From Candidatus Saccharimonadota bacterium (GTDB lineage: Archaea > Nanohalarchaeota > Nanosalinia > Nanosalinales > Nanosalinaceae), in NCBI RefSeq assembly GCF_029232205.1, contig NZ_CP107255.1:180001-212000 (forward strand): DNA of 32,000 nucleotides. The letters run 5' to 3'. Below are positions 8,771 through 17,971 of this stretch, one piece after another. A program made the translations under genes and the position numbers. How positions within the stretch are numbered: the stretch's first letter is position 1; the number at the start of each line of letters is the position of its first letter. Below the pieces are notes generated by a model. That model had not been told where the DNA came from. It worked only from the letters and a program-made list of their open reading frames with translations, and ran no database searches.

Positions 8771-9682
8771 TTACTGTTTCTCAGGTCTGTGCGGCTTGAC
8801 CTCGAATTTCTGACCGTCTTTTGCTACTACAGTATTTTCGAATACTTCCTGGGCCTCTTCACGTAGTTTCTGAGTGTTATTTCTGTACCTTCTTGATAGA
8901 TGGGTTAAAGCCAGTTTTTCGACGTTGGACTCGTCTGCTATCTCTGCTGCCTGTTTTGCCGAGGTGTGGCCATCTCTTTCGTCTATCATTTCATGGCTGC
9001 AGGTGGCTTCATGGATTAGTAGGTCGGCATTTTCTGCATTTTTTATCATGTTGTCGCATTTTGCAGTGTCGCCTGAGTAAACAATCTTTCTACCGGGCAT
9101 GTCTTCAATTATATCTTCAGGCCTTATTTTCTGGCCGTCGAACTCTACTGTTTCTCCTTGCTTTAGTTCTCCGATTTTAGGTGATTGTTCGAGGCCTAGT
9201 TCTTTCATTTTGTCCTTATTGACTTTTTTCTGGTCTTCTTCCTCAAATACGAATCCGAACGCGTTGATTCCGTGTTCTACTTCGAAAGGCCTTACTTCGT
9301 AGCCTTCTCCGACTATTTCATCTCCTTCTACCAGGTCTTCGACGAAGATGTCGTAGCTTCTGCGGAAGTAGCCGGTGTCAAGGATTCTGTCTGTGAATTC
9401 CTCTGTTCTTGGAGGGCCGTAGATGTAGAGCGGTTTTTCCCGGCCTTCGAGTTCCATGGTTTGGATTAGGCCTAGTAGGCCTGAGAAGTGGTCGGCGTGC
9501 CAGTGGCTGATGAATATTTTTGATATTTTCATGAGGCCTAGTTTGTCCATCATCAGTCTGCGTTGGGTTCCTTCTCCGCAGTCGAATAGTATTCTTTCTC
9601 CGTTGTAGTTGATTAGATTTGCGGGAAGGCCTCTTTCCTCTGTTGGTACTGCGCTTGATGTTCCGACCGTCCAGATGTCCAT
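8771..9682 (-). CDS. rnz: ribonuclease Z (tRNA 3' endonuclease)
   Basis: Metallo-beta-lactamase fold with ISHWHADHFSGLLGL and the RNase Z-like N-terminus MDIWTVGTSSAVPT. The ORF is open to 9721, but the internal ATG ending at 9682 gives the canonical N-terminus, so I prefer it. Confidence 0.9.
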   Translation of the reverse strand: MDIWTVGTSSAVPTEERGLPANLINYNGERILFDCGEGTQRRLMMDKLGLMKISKIFISHWHADHFSGLLGLIQTMELEGREKPLYIYGPPRTEEFTDRILDTGYFRRSYDIFVEDLVEGDEIVGEGYEVRPFEVEHGINAFGFVFEEEDQKKVNKDKMKELGLEQSPKIGELKQGETVEFDGQKIRPEDIIEDMPGRKIVYSGDTAKCDNMIKNAENADLLIHEATCSHEMIDERDGHTSAKQAAEIADESNVEKLALTHLSRRYRNNTQKLREEAQEVFENTVVAKDGQKFEVKPHRPEKQ

Positions 9683-9755
9683 GTTACTTCTTTTTGGTGT
9701 TTCTCTTTTATCGCTAATCAAAACACATTTATTTGTAACTTGAAAGTAGCATATT

Positions 9756-10124
9756 ATGGCGGAGTTAAACTACGATGATTTTAGAGGATACTTTAACGAA
9801 GATGATTCTGGAATGCACGTTGTTACTGATTCTCTGCCGCGTCTAAAGTTGAAAGATGAGCTTTCGCCGGAAGAGGCACCTCTTTATATTGATCTTGAGA
9901 CTGGTAGAGGAGTTTATCCTGAAGGCCTTGACCCGGAGGATGCTTACGAGGCAGCAAGTTACGCTCTTGACAAGGCAGGTAGTGATGCTGCAGTCCATAT
10001 TTCGCAGGATACTGAGGCCTGGCAGGAAGAGTTTTCAGAAATTGTCGGTGAAGATATCGAGCTAGGGCCTTCATGGCACCTTAATCTTGATAAGGAAGAA
10101 AGAAAGGCCTCTGCTAGACGATAA
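9756..10124 (+). CDS. hypothetical acidic protein
   Basis: 122-aa ORF with host-like acidic composition and no family recognised. It overlaps the convergent Trm11-like gene by 11 nt. Confidence 0.45.
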   Translation: MAELNYDDFRGYFNEDDSGMHVVTDSLPRLKLKDELSPEEAPLYIDLETGRGVYPEGLDPEDAYEAASYALDKAGSDAAVHISQDTEAWQEEFSEIVGEDIELGPSWHLNLDKEERKASARR

Positions 10125-11040
10125 AAATGTATCTTGTCAGCGACTTGTGAACGTATACCTCAAAGTCCGCTGAGTAAGGCCCTACTTCTTTTTCATTGTA
10201 CATGAAGACTGCTTTTCCGCTGTAATCTTCCAGAAATTCTATGAAGCTTTCTACCGCTTTCTCTGGTTTTTTGGAGGCCTTTCCGTATGGTAGATCTGTT
10301 ACTACTGCGTTGAATTCTTCCTCGAAAGTTTCGTTGATTTCTGCTACATCGCCCTGCCTGATATCGTGGCTGATTACGCCGTAGTTTTCGAGGTTTCTCT
10401 GGCAGCCGTCCACCATCTCTTTCTGTATGTCGAGGCCGTAGACTCCGATTCCGCAGAGGCCTGCTTCGATAAGTATTCCGCCTGTACCGCAGAAAGGATC
10501 CAGTAGTTTTTCTCCTGCTGATACTTCTGACAGGTTGACGAGTACTCTTGCGAGCACAGGGTCAAGAGATATTGGTGAGGAGAAAGGCCTTTCCTGGTTG
10601 GCTCTCTGCTGGTAAAGGCCTCTATCTACTTCCTGAACTATTTTTCCAATTACAAGTTTTTCTCCTGTGTAGTATGCCTTTATTTTTTCATCAGGGTTTT
10701 CCAGGTCTACTGAGTTTTCCTCCGTTGAGATTTTCTGGCCTATCTGTTTCTCCAGTTCCTTGCTTTCGAAGTCTTCGTCTGTCAGGTTCTGCACTCTGAC
10801 CGAGAAAGATTTTTCAGGCCTGTAATCTATTTCTAGTTTGTCTAGCTTGGTTTCGCATATTTTTTTTGTTACTTCATGTGTCAGGCCCAGTCTTTTGAGT
10901 TGTTCTGGGTGTTTTTCTGTTTCTGCGGTTCTTCCTTCTCTCTTTGGATCTTCTTCGATTTCCTGGCTTCTTAGAAATCCTTTGAGTTCTGCTTCTGCTA
11001 GTTCAAGGTTTTCTCCTGCTAGGAGATATGTGTAGGTCAT
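10114..11040 (-). CDS. THUMP-domain tRNA (guanine-N2)-methyltransferase, Trm11/Trm-G10-like
   Basis: 308 aa. N-terminal THUMP-like region followed by a class I SAM methyltransferase with LDPFCGTGGILIEAGL (motif I) and VVTDLPYGKAS (DPPY-type motif IV). Confidence 0.78.
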   Translation of the reverse strand: MTYTYLLAGENLELAEAELKGFLRSQEIEEDPKREGRTAETEKHPEQLKRLGLTHEVTKKICETKLDKLEIDYRPEKSFSVRVQNLTDEDFESKELEKQIGQKISTEENSVDLENPDEKIKAYYTGEKLVIGKIVQEVDRGLYQQRANQERPFSSPISLDPVLARVLVNLSEVSAGEKLLDPFCGTGGILIEAGLCGIGVYGLDIQKEMVDGCQRNLENYGVISHDIRQGDVAEINETFEEEFNAVVTDLPYGKASKKPEKAVESFIEFLEDYSGKAVFMYNEKEVGPYSADFEVYVHKSLTRYIFIV

Positions 11041-12048
11041 CTAGATTGATTCTTTGCCTCCAAGGCTTATGAAGGAAATGTATCCTATGACAACGTCTGA
11101 CCAGTAGGTTAGTATTCTGAATATTATGCTTGCTGCTAGTGCGACAGGCAGGCTGATACTGAAGAACAGGTTCAGTAGTGTGGCCATAACTGCTTCGTAG
11201 GCTCCTGTTCCTCCTGGTGTAGGTGTGAAGTTTGATACTGCTGCCAGAGGAAGCACGAAGAATACTGCTGCAAGATTTACGTGTATATCAAGCGCTAGAA
11301 GTGTGATATATAGAGTGAGGCTTTGGAACAGGTAGTAAATGTGGGCTATTAGGCTTGTCTCCAGAAGATGTCTGCTATCATTGCCTATGGTTTCAAAGGA
11401 TTCTTCTAAGACTTCAAAACGAGATTCTATACTCTCTACAACTTCTTCTCCTCTGTTCAAGATTTCGCTTATCTTGGTGGCAACCTGTAAAACTTTTTTC
11501 TCTATGGTGCCGGCCCTGAACCACAGTAGATAGCTGAAAGATCCTCCAATCACGAATATAGCTCCACTGGCGATCAAGGTTTTTGTGATGAGGCCCGTAA
11601 GTCTACCGAATAAGAATAGATAAGTTGCTCCTGCGGCCACAAATGTGAACGTAGGTATCGCATTAATTATATCTGAAGATATTACTGCGGAGAAGGCCTT
11701 CTCGTATTTCAGGTCTGTTTTTTTGGATATTATGTAGGCCATTGCTGGTTCTCCTCCGAACTGACCCATTGGTGTTACTTTGTTGAGGAAGTCTCCGGCC
11801 ATGAAAAGTCTGAAGTTCTGTGTGTATGTGTTGCCTGCGCCTACCTTGTTGAGGAAGCTGTGCCATGTGTTTCCCCAGACAAGATTGGGTACCAGGCCAG
11901 TGAGCAGCGCTAGCAGGATTAGTTTTTTGTCTGCGCCTTTTGCTGCTTCTAGAAATTTATTTATATCGGTTAATATGATTAGGGCGCCCAGAAATATTGT
12001 TGCAGCTGTAAACCAGGCAATTTGTTTGGTTTTGGGCGTCCATGCCAT
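11041..12048 (-). CDS. flippase-like / LPG-synthase-TM family (UPF0104) membrane protein, copy 1
   Basis: 335 aa, about 8 predicted TM helices, with conserved motifs GQFGGEPAMAY and FTPTPGGTGAYE typical of the PF03706/TIGR00374 family. It is a tandem paralog of 12073..13086. Confidence 0.75.
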   Translation of the reverse strand: MAWTPKTKQIAWFTAATIFLGALIILTDINKFLEAAKGADKKLILLALLTGLVPNLVWGNTWHSFLNKVGAGNTYTQNFRLFMAGDFLNKVTPMGQFGGEPAMAYIISKKTDLKYEKAFSAVISSDIINAIPTFTFVAAGATYLFLFGRLTGLITKTLIASGAIFVIGGSFSYLLWFRAGTIEKKVLQVATKISEILNRGEEVVESIESRFEVLEESFETIGNDSRHLLETSLIAHIYYLFQSLTLYITLLALDIHVNLAAVFFVLPLAAVSNFTPTPGGTGAYEAVMATLLNLFFSISLPVALAASIIFRILTYWSDVVIGYISFISLGGKESI

Positions 12049-12072
12049 AATATTTTTATTTGAACTGTGTTT

Positions 12073-13086
12073 TTAATTAGCTTTTTCTCGACCTATGCTT
12101 ATCATCGCTCCGTAACCTATGATCAGTCCAGGCCAGTAGGTGCAGAGTCTGAAGAGGATTCCTACTGCAATTGCTGTGGCGAAAGGTATCTGTGGGAATA
12201 GGGCTGCTGGCATTAGTGTTAGGATGGTTGCCAGTGTTGCTTCGTAGGCTCCTGAACCTCCTGGGGTAGGTGAGAAGTTGGATAAGGAGGATAGAGGCAG
12301 GATAAAGTAGAGTGGTGTGAAGTCGGTGTGGATGCCCATGGATGCGAGAATTAGGTACAGGCTGAAGACCTGGAATACGAAGTAGGCATGTGCGATAGAG
12401 GCCGTTCTAACTAGATGTCGAGGATCCTCTCCGATTCTTTCAAAGGCCTCCTCAACGTTTTCCAGTTTCTCATCCAGTTTTTCAACGTATTTTTCTCCTC
12501 GTCCAACCCGATCGGTGATCTTTCTCAGGCCTTTGGTTAGTGCGTTTTCGATTGTACCGGACTTGAACCATAGTGTGTATGCAATGGATCCTCCTATAAC
12601 TACTATCAGGAGGGATATGTAGATGGCTTGAGTTATTATGTCGTTTACGGAACCGAAAATTAGAAGGAATGCTGCTCCTCCTAGAACAAAAGTGAATATT
12701 GGAACTGAGTTTATTATGTCTGAGGAAAGTACTGCTGAGAATCCTTCTTCGTAGCTCAGGCCTGTGTTTTCTTTTATTACGTAGGCCATGAATGGTTCTC
12801 CTCCGAACTGGCCTAGTGGTGTTACAGAGTTCATGAAGTTGCCTGTCATGAATAGTTTGAATGTTTTTCTGTAGTTTACATTGGCGCCCATTTTGTTGAG
12901 GAAGCTGTGCCAGGTGTGTGTCCACACAAAGAATGGCAGTAGGCCTGTGAGAAGAGCTCCGATCAGATAGTAGGTATTTGCCTGGCTTACGGCCTCTATG
13001 AACTTGTTTATGTCTGCCATGTAGATTAGCACGGCTATTATTGCTGTTGATATTCCGAACCAGGCGATCTGTTTTTTAGTAGCCAT
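12073..13086 (-). CDS. flippase-like / LPG-synthase-TM family (UPF0104) membrane protein, copy 2
   Basis: 337 aa, collinear with copy 1 (KQIAWF..., TWHSFLNKMGA, GQFGGEPFMAY, SPTPGGSGAYE), roughly half identical by eye. Confidence 0.75.
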   Translation of the reverse strand: MATKKQIAWFGISTAIIAVLIYMADINKFIEAVSQANTYYLIGALLTGLLPFFVWTHTWHSFLNKMGANVNYRKTFKLFMTGNFMNSVTPLGQFGGEPFMAYVIKENTGLSYEEGFSAVLSSDIINSVPIFTFVLGGAAFLLIFGSVNDIITQAIYISLLIVVIGGSIAYTLWFKSGTIENALTKGLRKITDRVGRGEKYVEKLDEKLENVEEAFERIGEDPRHLVRTASIAHAYFVFQVFSLYLILASMGIHTDFTPLYFILPLSSLSNFSPTPGGSGAYEATLATILTLMPAALFPQIPFATAIAVGILFRLCTYWPGLIIGYGAMISIGREKAN

Positions 13087-13360
13087 ATCTATCTATGTTT
13101 CCGCATTTGCTGCAGGTATATTCTACTTTGCTTTTGTCTGATTTTATTCTTACTTCGCAGGTTCTTCCGGGTTTCATGTAGCTGTAGCAGTTGCTGCAGA
13201 ACTTCTTTTTCAGGTCTGAAGGTATTGAGACTTCTTCCTTCATTCCTATTTTCCGGGCCAGTTCCACGTATCTGTCTGCCAGTTCGTCTTCATGGCCTAT
13301 TCTTTTCTCTGCTAGCGTGAAAAGCCGTTCTATCCGTTCCTCTGCGATTGTTTTCGCCAC
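13076..13360 (-). CDS. rnp4: RNase P protein component 4 (Rpp21/Rnp4)
   Basis: 94 aa with a GTG start. N-terminal helical region (ERIERLFTLAEKRI...LADRYVELARKIGMK) followed by a zinc ribbon CSNC...(x)...CSKC, the Rpp21 architecture. It overlaps the next gene by 11 nt. Confidence 0.85.
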   Translation of the reverse strand: MAKTIAEERIERLFTLAEKRIGHEDELADRYVELARKIGMKEEVSIPSDLKKKFCSNCYSYMKPGRTCEVRIKSDKSKVEYTCSKCGNIDRYGY

Positions 13361-13399
13361 AGTTTCATAAGTTTAGGTAACAGTTTTTAAGTTAAGCAG

Positions 13400-14398
13400 A
13401 TGAGGATAAGCCATTACTTTGAATGGGAGGATTTGATTACTGGAGGCCATAAACAGTCCGTTAAGAACCAGAGAAAGATAATGGATAAACGAGGAATTGA
13501 TTATACTACTGAGCCTGATCTCTCCGCTGATATTCTTCACTTGAATAATATGGGGCCTAAGTCAATTTACTATGCCAGAAAGGCCCAGGAGCAGGGAGTT
13601 CCTGTGGTTGTCCATGCTCATCAGACTGCAGAGGATTTCCGTGAGAGTTTTGCCCTGTCGAATATGATTGCAAGGCCTATGAAGCCCTACTTGAAGTATG
13701 CCTATTCTCTTGCTGACCTTATAATCTGTCCTTCAGAGCATAACAGAGACGTCATCGAGGAGTATACAGATGTGCCGAAGAAGGTGATCAGTAATGGTTT
13801 TGATCCTGATATGCTGGAAGGTTTTGAGGATCTTAGAGATGAGTATCTGGAGAAGTACGATCTTGAACCGCCAGTAGTGTTCATGGTAGGTCACGTGATC
13901 AAGAGGAAAGGCCTGAAGTCGTTTATCGAGACTGCCAGGAAGATGCCTGATACAGATTTTGTCTGGTTTGGTTTTCTGAATCCGAGCGGCGAAGATACCT
14001 TTGTTGACTCTCTGCTTCAGAGCAGGGATACAAAGAATCTTGTAGAAGATGCGCCTGACAACTGCACCTTCACAGGTTATGTTGATGATATTAGAGGAGC
14101 CTACGCTGCTGGTGACATCTTTTTCTTCCCTACAAAGAACGAGAACGAGGGAATGGCCCTACTTGAGGCAATGGCCTGCGGTAAGCCGCCGGTAGTCAGA
14201 GATATTGAGACTTTTCAGTGGCTGGAGCACGGTGAGAACTGTTTGAAGGCCGAAGACGACTTTGTCTCTGTTCTGGAGAAAGCAATGGAGGAGAACGAAA
14301 TGCAGAGGCTTGGAGAGAATGCTCGGGAGAAAAGCCGTGAGTTTGAACTCGAGTCTATAGCGGATGAATTAGAGAAGGCCTACAGAGAGCTTCTCTAA
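13400..14398 (+). CDS. GT4-family glycosyltransferase
   Basis: 332 aa, paralog of 7202..8194, with GT-B C-terminal motif FFFPTKNENEGMALLEAMACGKPPV. Confidence 0.8.
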   Translation: MRISHYFEWEDLITGGHKQSVKNQRKIMDKRGIDYTTEPDLSADILHLNNMGPKSIYYARKAQEQGVPVVVHAHQTAEDFRESFALSNMIARPMKPYLKYAYSLADLIICPSEHNRDVIEEYTDVPKKVISNGFDPDMLEGFEDLRDEYLEKYDLEPPVVFMVGHVIKRKGLKSFIETARKMPDTDFVWFGFLNPSGEDTFVDSLLQSRDTKNLVEDAPDNCTFTGYVDDIRGAYAAGDIFFFPTKNENEGMALLEAMACGKPPVVRDIETFQWLEHGENCLKAEDDFVSVLEKAMEENEMQRLGENAREKSREFELESIADELEKAYRELL

Positions 14399-14484
14399 AA
14401 GACTTTTTCCAGGGTTTCAGCGTTTAAATAAAATATTTCTAGGTGGGCCGTTTAAAATACTGAATGCCAAATTCTCACTTATCT

Positions 14485-15546
14485 ATGAAAATCGGCTTCT
14501 TTACCGAGAGCTACTTCCCGAAGTATGATGGAGTGACTTACACTCTGAAGGCCTGGAAGGAGAGGCTTGAGGAAAGAGGCCACGAAGTGTATATTATGTA
14601 TCCTCAGAATCCTGAATATGATCCTGGGGACGGAGAGATACCTGTAAGATCGATTCCAAATCCTTTCTACGAAGGTTACAGAGCACCTTTCCCTGTGAGA
14701 GGTTCTAAACTACCTGATTTTGATATTGTCCACTGTCATGGGCCTATAACGCTGGGATGGTCAGGGTTATTGCAGGCCAAGCTTGAGGACAAGCCTTCGG
14801 TATATACTCATCATACGCCTATTGAGGAGTACTTTATCAATGCTGTAAAACTTCCTCTTCTAGCTAAAATATGTGAGAAGGTTTATCTACCGATTGAGAA
14901 TTTTTTCATGAGCAAATTTGACGTTGTCACGGCCTCGACAAGCAGAATTAACAGGAAGGTTGATTTCACCCGGCTACCTGTAGGCCTTGACATGGAGTTT
15001 TTCCAGCCGCAGGATGAATCTATACTTGATGAGATGGATGTTGAAAGGCCTGTGATCGGCTATTCTGGTAGACTGAGTCTTGAAAAAAATGTTGATAACC
15101 TGGTTTGCTTCGCCGATGAGTTTGATGGCTCTGTTGTTATTGTTGGCGAGGGCCCTCAGGAGAAGAAGTTGAAGGAGATGGCGGGAGATAATGTTTTCTT
15201 CCGTGATTTTCTGGATAGAGAGGATTTGCCAGGTTTTTATTCTGGCCTTGATGCCTTTGTAACTTCTTCTACAGGAGATACTTTGGGTCTTGCGCCTCTG
15301 GAGGCTAATTCTTGCGGTACTCCTGTTGTCGCTGCTGATAATCCTCCTTTTGATGAGACTATTGGCTCCCGGAATGGCGAGCGTTTTGAGCTTGGTGATT
15401 CCGAGTCTTTGTCCCGTGCAATTCATAAAGCACTGAACAATAGCTATGAATGTAGAAGTGCTGTGAAGGATTTTTCGCTTTCCAGCACTATTGAGCAGCT
15501 AGAGGATATTTACGAGGAGCTTGGTGAAAAGTATGGGCAGAGATAA
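14485..15546 (+). CDS. GT4-family glycosyltransferase
   Basis: The ORF is open from 14464, but MKIGFFTESYFPKYDGV (ATG at 14485) is the canonical GT4 N-terminus. C-terminal motif: STGDTLGLAPLEANSCGTPVV. Confidence 0.8.
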   Translation: MKIGFFTESYFPKYDGVTYTLKAWKERLEERGHEVYIMYPQNPEYDPGDGEIPVRSIPNPFYEGYRAPFPVRGSKLPDFDIVHCHGPITLGWSGLLQAKLEDKPSVYTHHTPIEEYFINAVKLPLLAKICEKVYLPIENFFMSKFDVVTASTSRINRKVDFTRLPVGLDMEFFQPQDESILDEMDVERPVIGYSGRLSLEKNVDNLVCFADEFDGSVVIVGEGPQEKKLKEMAGDNVFFRDFLDREDLPGFYSGLDAFVTSSTGDTLGLAPLEANSCGTPVVAADNPPFDETIGSRNGERFELGDSESLSRAIHKALNNSYECRSAVKDFSLSSTIEQLEDIYEELGEKYGQR

Positions 15547-17179
15547 CGTAGACGTCTTCGAGAAAATTATTTTCCACATTCCTGATACAAGGACTAGTCT
15601 GGCCGCTATTATTTCTCTGAGCTTTGTTTATTCGTATTTCATGTATCTTGGTTTTTCCAAGTTTACCTCGTTGCCTATTCAGCAGGAAACAGTTCTTTAT
15701 CTGGCTGTGCTTCTTTTTGCAGTTCCTGCACTGGTTTCAGGTGAAATATTTACTAGGATTCTACCAGATTATCCGCGTCACTGGGCCTATTTCCTTGCGC
15801 TCTCGAATCATCTGTTTGTTTTTGTATTTGGAATGATACTGACTGGCGCAAACAACAGCGTTAATGCATGGAGGGTTATCTGGCTAGGCCTGATTACTGT
15901 ATATCTTTCAACTACTTTGATACTTACACTGACTCTTGGATCAGATCATCTGGAGAGAATTTCAATCGTCAGCCTTGCACATCCTTTAATGGTTCTGGCG
16001 GTTGGAAGCTACTATCTCTATCCGTTCCTCCAGTTCCGATGGTGGGACTACGCCTCAAACTTGAGCGTGCTACTCTTTATGGGCCTGATTCTTGCAGCAC
16101 TGCTTCACGTTGTTCAGTACTTGATTGGCAGCAATGTATCGAACGTTTCAGCGTTTAATCTTACTTCGGGGCTTCTTCAGAAGAAGCAGCAGGCCCTGGA
16201 TCTAGGTTACGAATCTAATCCTGAAGTTCAGACTCTTGAAATTGAAAATGAGAGTGATAAGGCCTCTATTGCTATTCCATGGGTTCATCCTGGGCCTCTG
16301 GGTGCTTTCGGTGGCGGAGAGCTTTCGACTACGATTATTAACAGGATGAATGAGGAGGGCAGCGGTTTCTTTATGCACGTTCCTTCTGATCACGGTGCTG
16401 ATATGGCTGATCCTGATGATGCTGATGTTTTACTTGATAAAGTTGATGAGCCGGAGATGGAAGGTAAGGCCTCTGAGATGGTTGAGAAGGATTATGATCT
16501 CGGTACTTTCTATGGCCGCAGATTTGACGGAAAGAATATTGTTTTCCTTGATATTCCGGAGTACGATGATTACGAGATTGAGGTTGTGAAGAATGCTGTA
16601 GATCTAAATTCCACTATTGTAGTTGATCTTCACAATCATATCGATGACGAAGTTAATCAGGTTATCTGGTCTGGAACGGCCCAGGCAGAGAATCTTCAGG
16701 AATATCTGAAGGACTTTATAGGGGAGCTTGAGTCTCAGCCTTTGCATGATTATCAGGCTGGTTTTGATTCCGATTTAGATCATATCCCTGTATTTACACT
16801 GGTTGAGGAGGTTAACGGCCAGAGAACTTTGATTTACGGTATTGAGGGTAACGGTTCTACGAAGAGACTTAGAGATCTAAATGATAATATCCGGCATGAT
16901 TTTGACAAGGCAATTTTCTTCACCACTGATACTCATGCAAGCATTCATGAAATGGCTAAAGGCAGTCACGTCGACGAGGACAGGCTTAGAGAGAGTATTT
17001 CCCGTTCAGTTGAGAATGTAGCTCCTGCAGGCATTGGAATGGTGATGAACAAGGCCAGCAACGTTAAGCTTTTACATTCGGATTACCAAGGCCTTATTTA
17101 CAGTATAAACATTATCATCAGGCTGCTTCCGCTGGCTCTGATCAGTATGTATATCTTGATGGTGCTGTGGTTGCTATGA
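15533..17179 (+). CDS. large archaeal membrane protein, DUF2070/COG3356-like (family assignment from memory, unverified)
   Basis: About 548 aa. The N-terminal ~200 aa have about 6 TM helices, followed by a soluble domain with WVHPGPLGAFGGG, HVPSDHGADMADP and FFTTDTHASIHE motifs and a final C-terminal TM. The ATG at 15533 overlaps the upstream GT4 stop, while the ORF track begins at a TTG at 15521. Confidence 0.6.
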   Translation: MGRDNVDVFEKIIFHIPDTRTSLAAIISLSFVYSYFMYLGFSKFTSLPIQQETVLYLAVLLFAVPALVSGEIFTRILPDYPRHWAYFLALSNHLFVFVFGMILTGANNSVNAWRVIWLGLITVYLSTTLILTLTLGSDHLERISIVSLAHPLMVLAVGSYYLYPFLQFRWWDYASNLSVLLFMGLILAALLHVVQYLIGSNVSNVSAFNLTSGLLQKKQQALDLGYESNPEVQTLEIENESDKASIAIPWVHPGPLGAFGGGELSTTIINRMNEEGSGFFMHVPSDHGADMADPDDADVLLDKVDEPEMEGKASEMVEKDYDLGTFYGRRFDGKNIVFLDIPEYDDYEIEVVKNAVDLNSTIVVDLHNHIDDEVNQVIWSGTAQAENLQEYLKDFIGELESQPLHDYQAGFDSDLDHIPVFTLVEEVNGQRTLIYGIEGNGSTKRLRDLNDNIRHDFDKAIFFTTDTHASIHEMAKGSHVDEDRLRESISRSVENVAPAGIGMVMNKASNVKLLHSDYQGLIYSINIIIRLLPLALISMYILMVLWLL

Positions 17180-17604
17180 TTAAAGAAATGATACTGAAGG
17201 CCGAGAAAGGATATCCTTTCGGGGTAGACGACTTCTTTCAGCAGGTAACGGGAAGCGCTATACTTACAGCTCCCTTCCTGTTTACAGAGGAGGTCTGGGA
17301 GGTTGCAGCTGCAGCTTCAGATGTTCAGGCCCTTGCCAGTGTTCTTGTCACACTGTTTCTGGGAAACGGTATTCTGTATGTTTCCAAGCTGGAAAGGGAC
17401 TGGGATAGCGAGAGAAAGGTCTTTGGAGTCACTTTAAGGTATATTTCCCTGATGCTTGTGTCATTCGGTACTGTGGCCTTTCTGTTGACTATTACTGCCG
17501 CAGAACATGTATTTGCGGACAGCTGGTATCATATGATGAAGGTTGTGGCCCTGATATCTATCTTTTCGGTGATTGGAGCTGCTACAGCTGATAACTTGAT
17601 CTAG
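17176..17604 (+). CDS. small integral membrane protein (DUF2391/TIGR02587-like, tentative)
   Basis: About 142 aa with about 4 TM helices and the motif LTAPFLFTEEVWEV. The ATG at 17176 forms an ATGA overlap with the upstream stop (17177..17179). The ORF track start (GTG 17167) is also possible. Confidence 0.5.
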   Translation: MIKEMILKAEKGYPFGVDDFFQQVTGSAILTAPFLFTEEVWEVAAAASDVQALASVLVTLFLGNGILYVSKLERDWDSERKVFGVTLRYISLMLVSFGTVAFLLTITAAEHVFADSWYHMMKVVALISIFSVIGAATADNLI

Positions 17605-17644
17605 GCCATAGTGGCTTTTAAGCTTGAAGCAGTATACGAGTTTT

Positions 17645-17971
17645 ATGGTTACAGAGGAAGATGTCAGGAACCAGCTGAAGGAGGTAATGGATCCCGAACT
17701 CGATATCAATATCGTGGATCTAGGCCTTATCTACGAAGTAGATGTAGATGATGAAGGCCATGTTGATATACTGATGACACTGACCACTCCTGGCTGCCCG
17801 CTTCACGGTGTATTTGATGAAATGGTGAAGAGAGAAGTAGGCAAGATAGAAGAAGTAGATGAAAGAGATATCGAAGTCGAGCTAACATTCGAACCACGCT
17901 GGAGTCCTGAAAAAATGAGTGATGAGGCCCGCGATGAGCTAGGCCATCTTCCAGGAATGCAAGGTTTCTAA
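17645..17971 (+). CDS. DUF59/MIP18-family Fe-S assembly protein (SufT-like)
   Basis: VRNQLKEVMDPELDINIVDLGLIYEVDVDDEG.VDILMTLTTPGCPL is the signature of the DUF59 family. I prefer the ATG at 17645 over the TTG at 17624. Confidence 0.8.
   Translation: MVTEEDVRNQLKEVMDPELDINIVDLGLIYEVDVDDEGHVDILMTLTTPGCPLHGVFDEMVKREVGKIEEVDERDIEVELTFEPRWSPEKMSDEARDELGHLPGMQGF

Noticed and set aside
12482-12925. 147-aa Arg/His-rich same-strand alternative-frame ORF within flippase-like copy 2 (also 18930..19244, 19377..19727, 20926..21108, 22575..22766)
   Set aside because: These are out-of-frame readings of real genes. The extreme Arg/Thr/His/Gln composition is incompatible with the acidic proteome of this organism.
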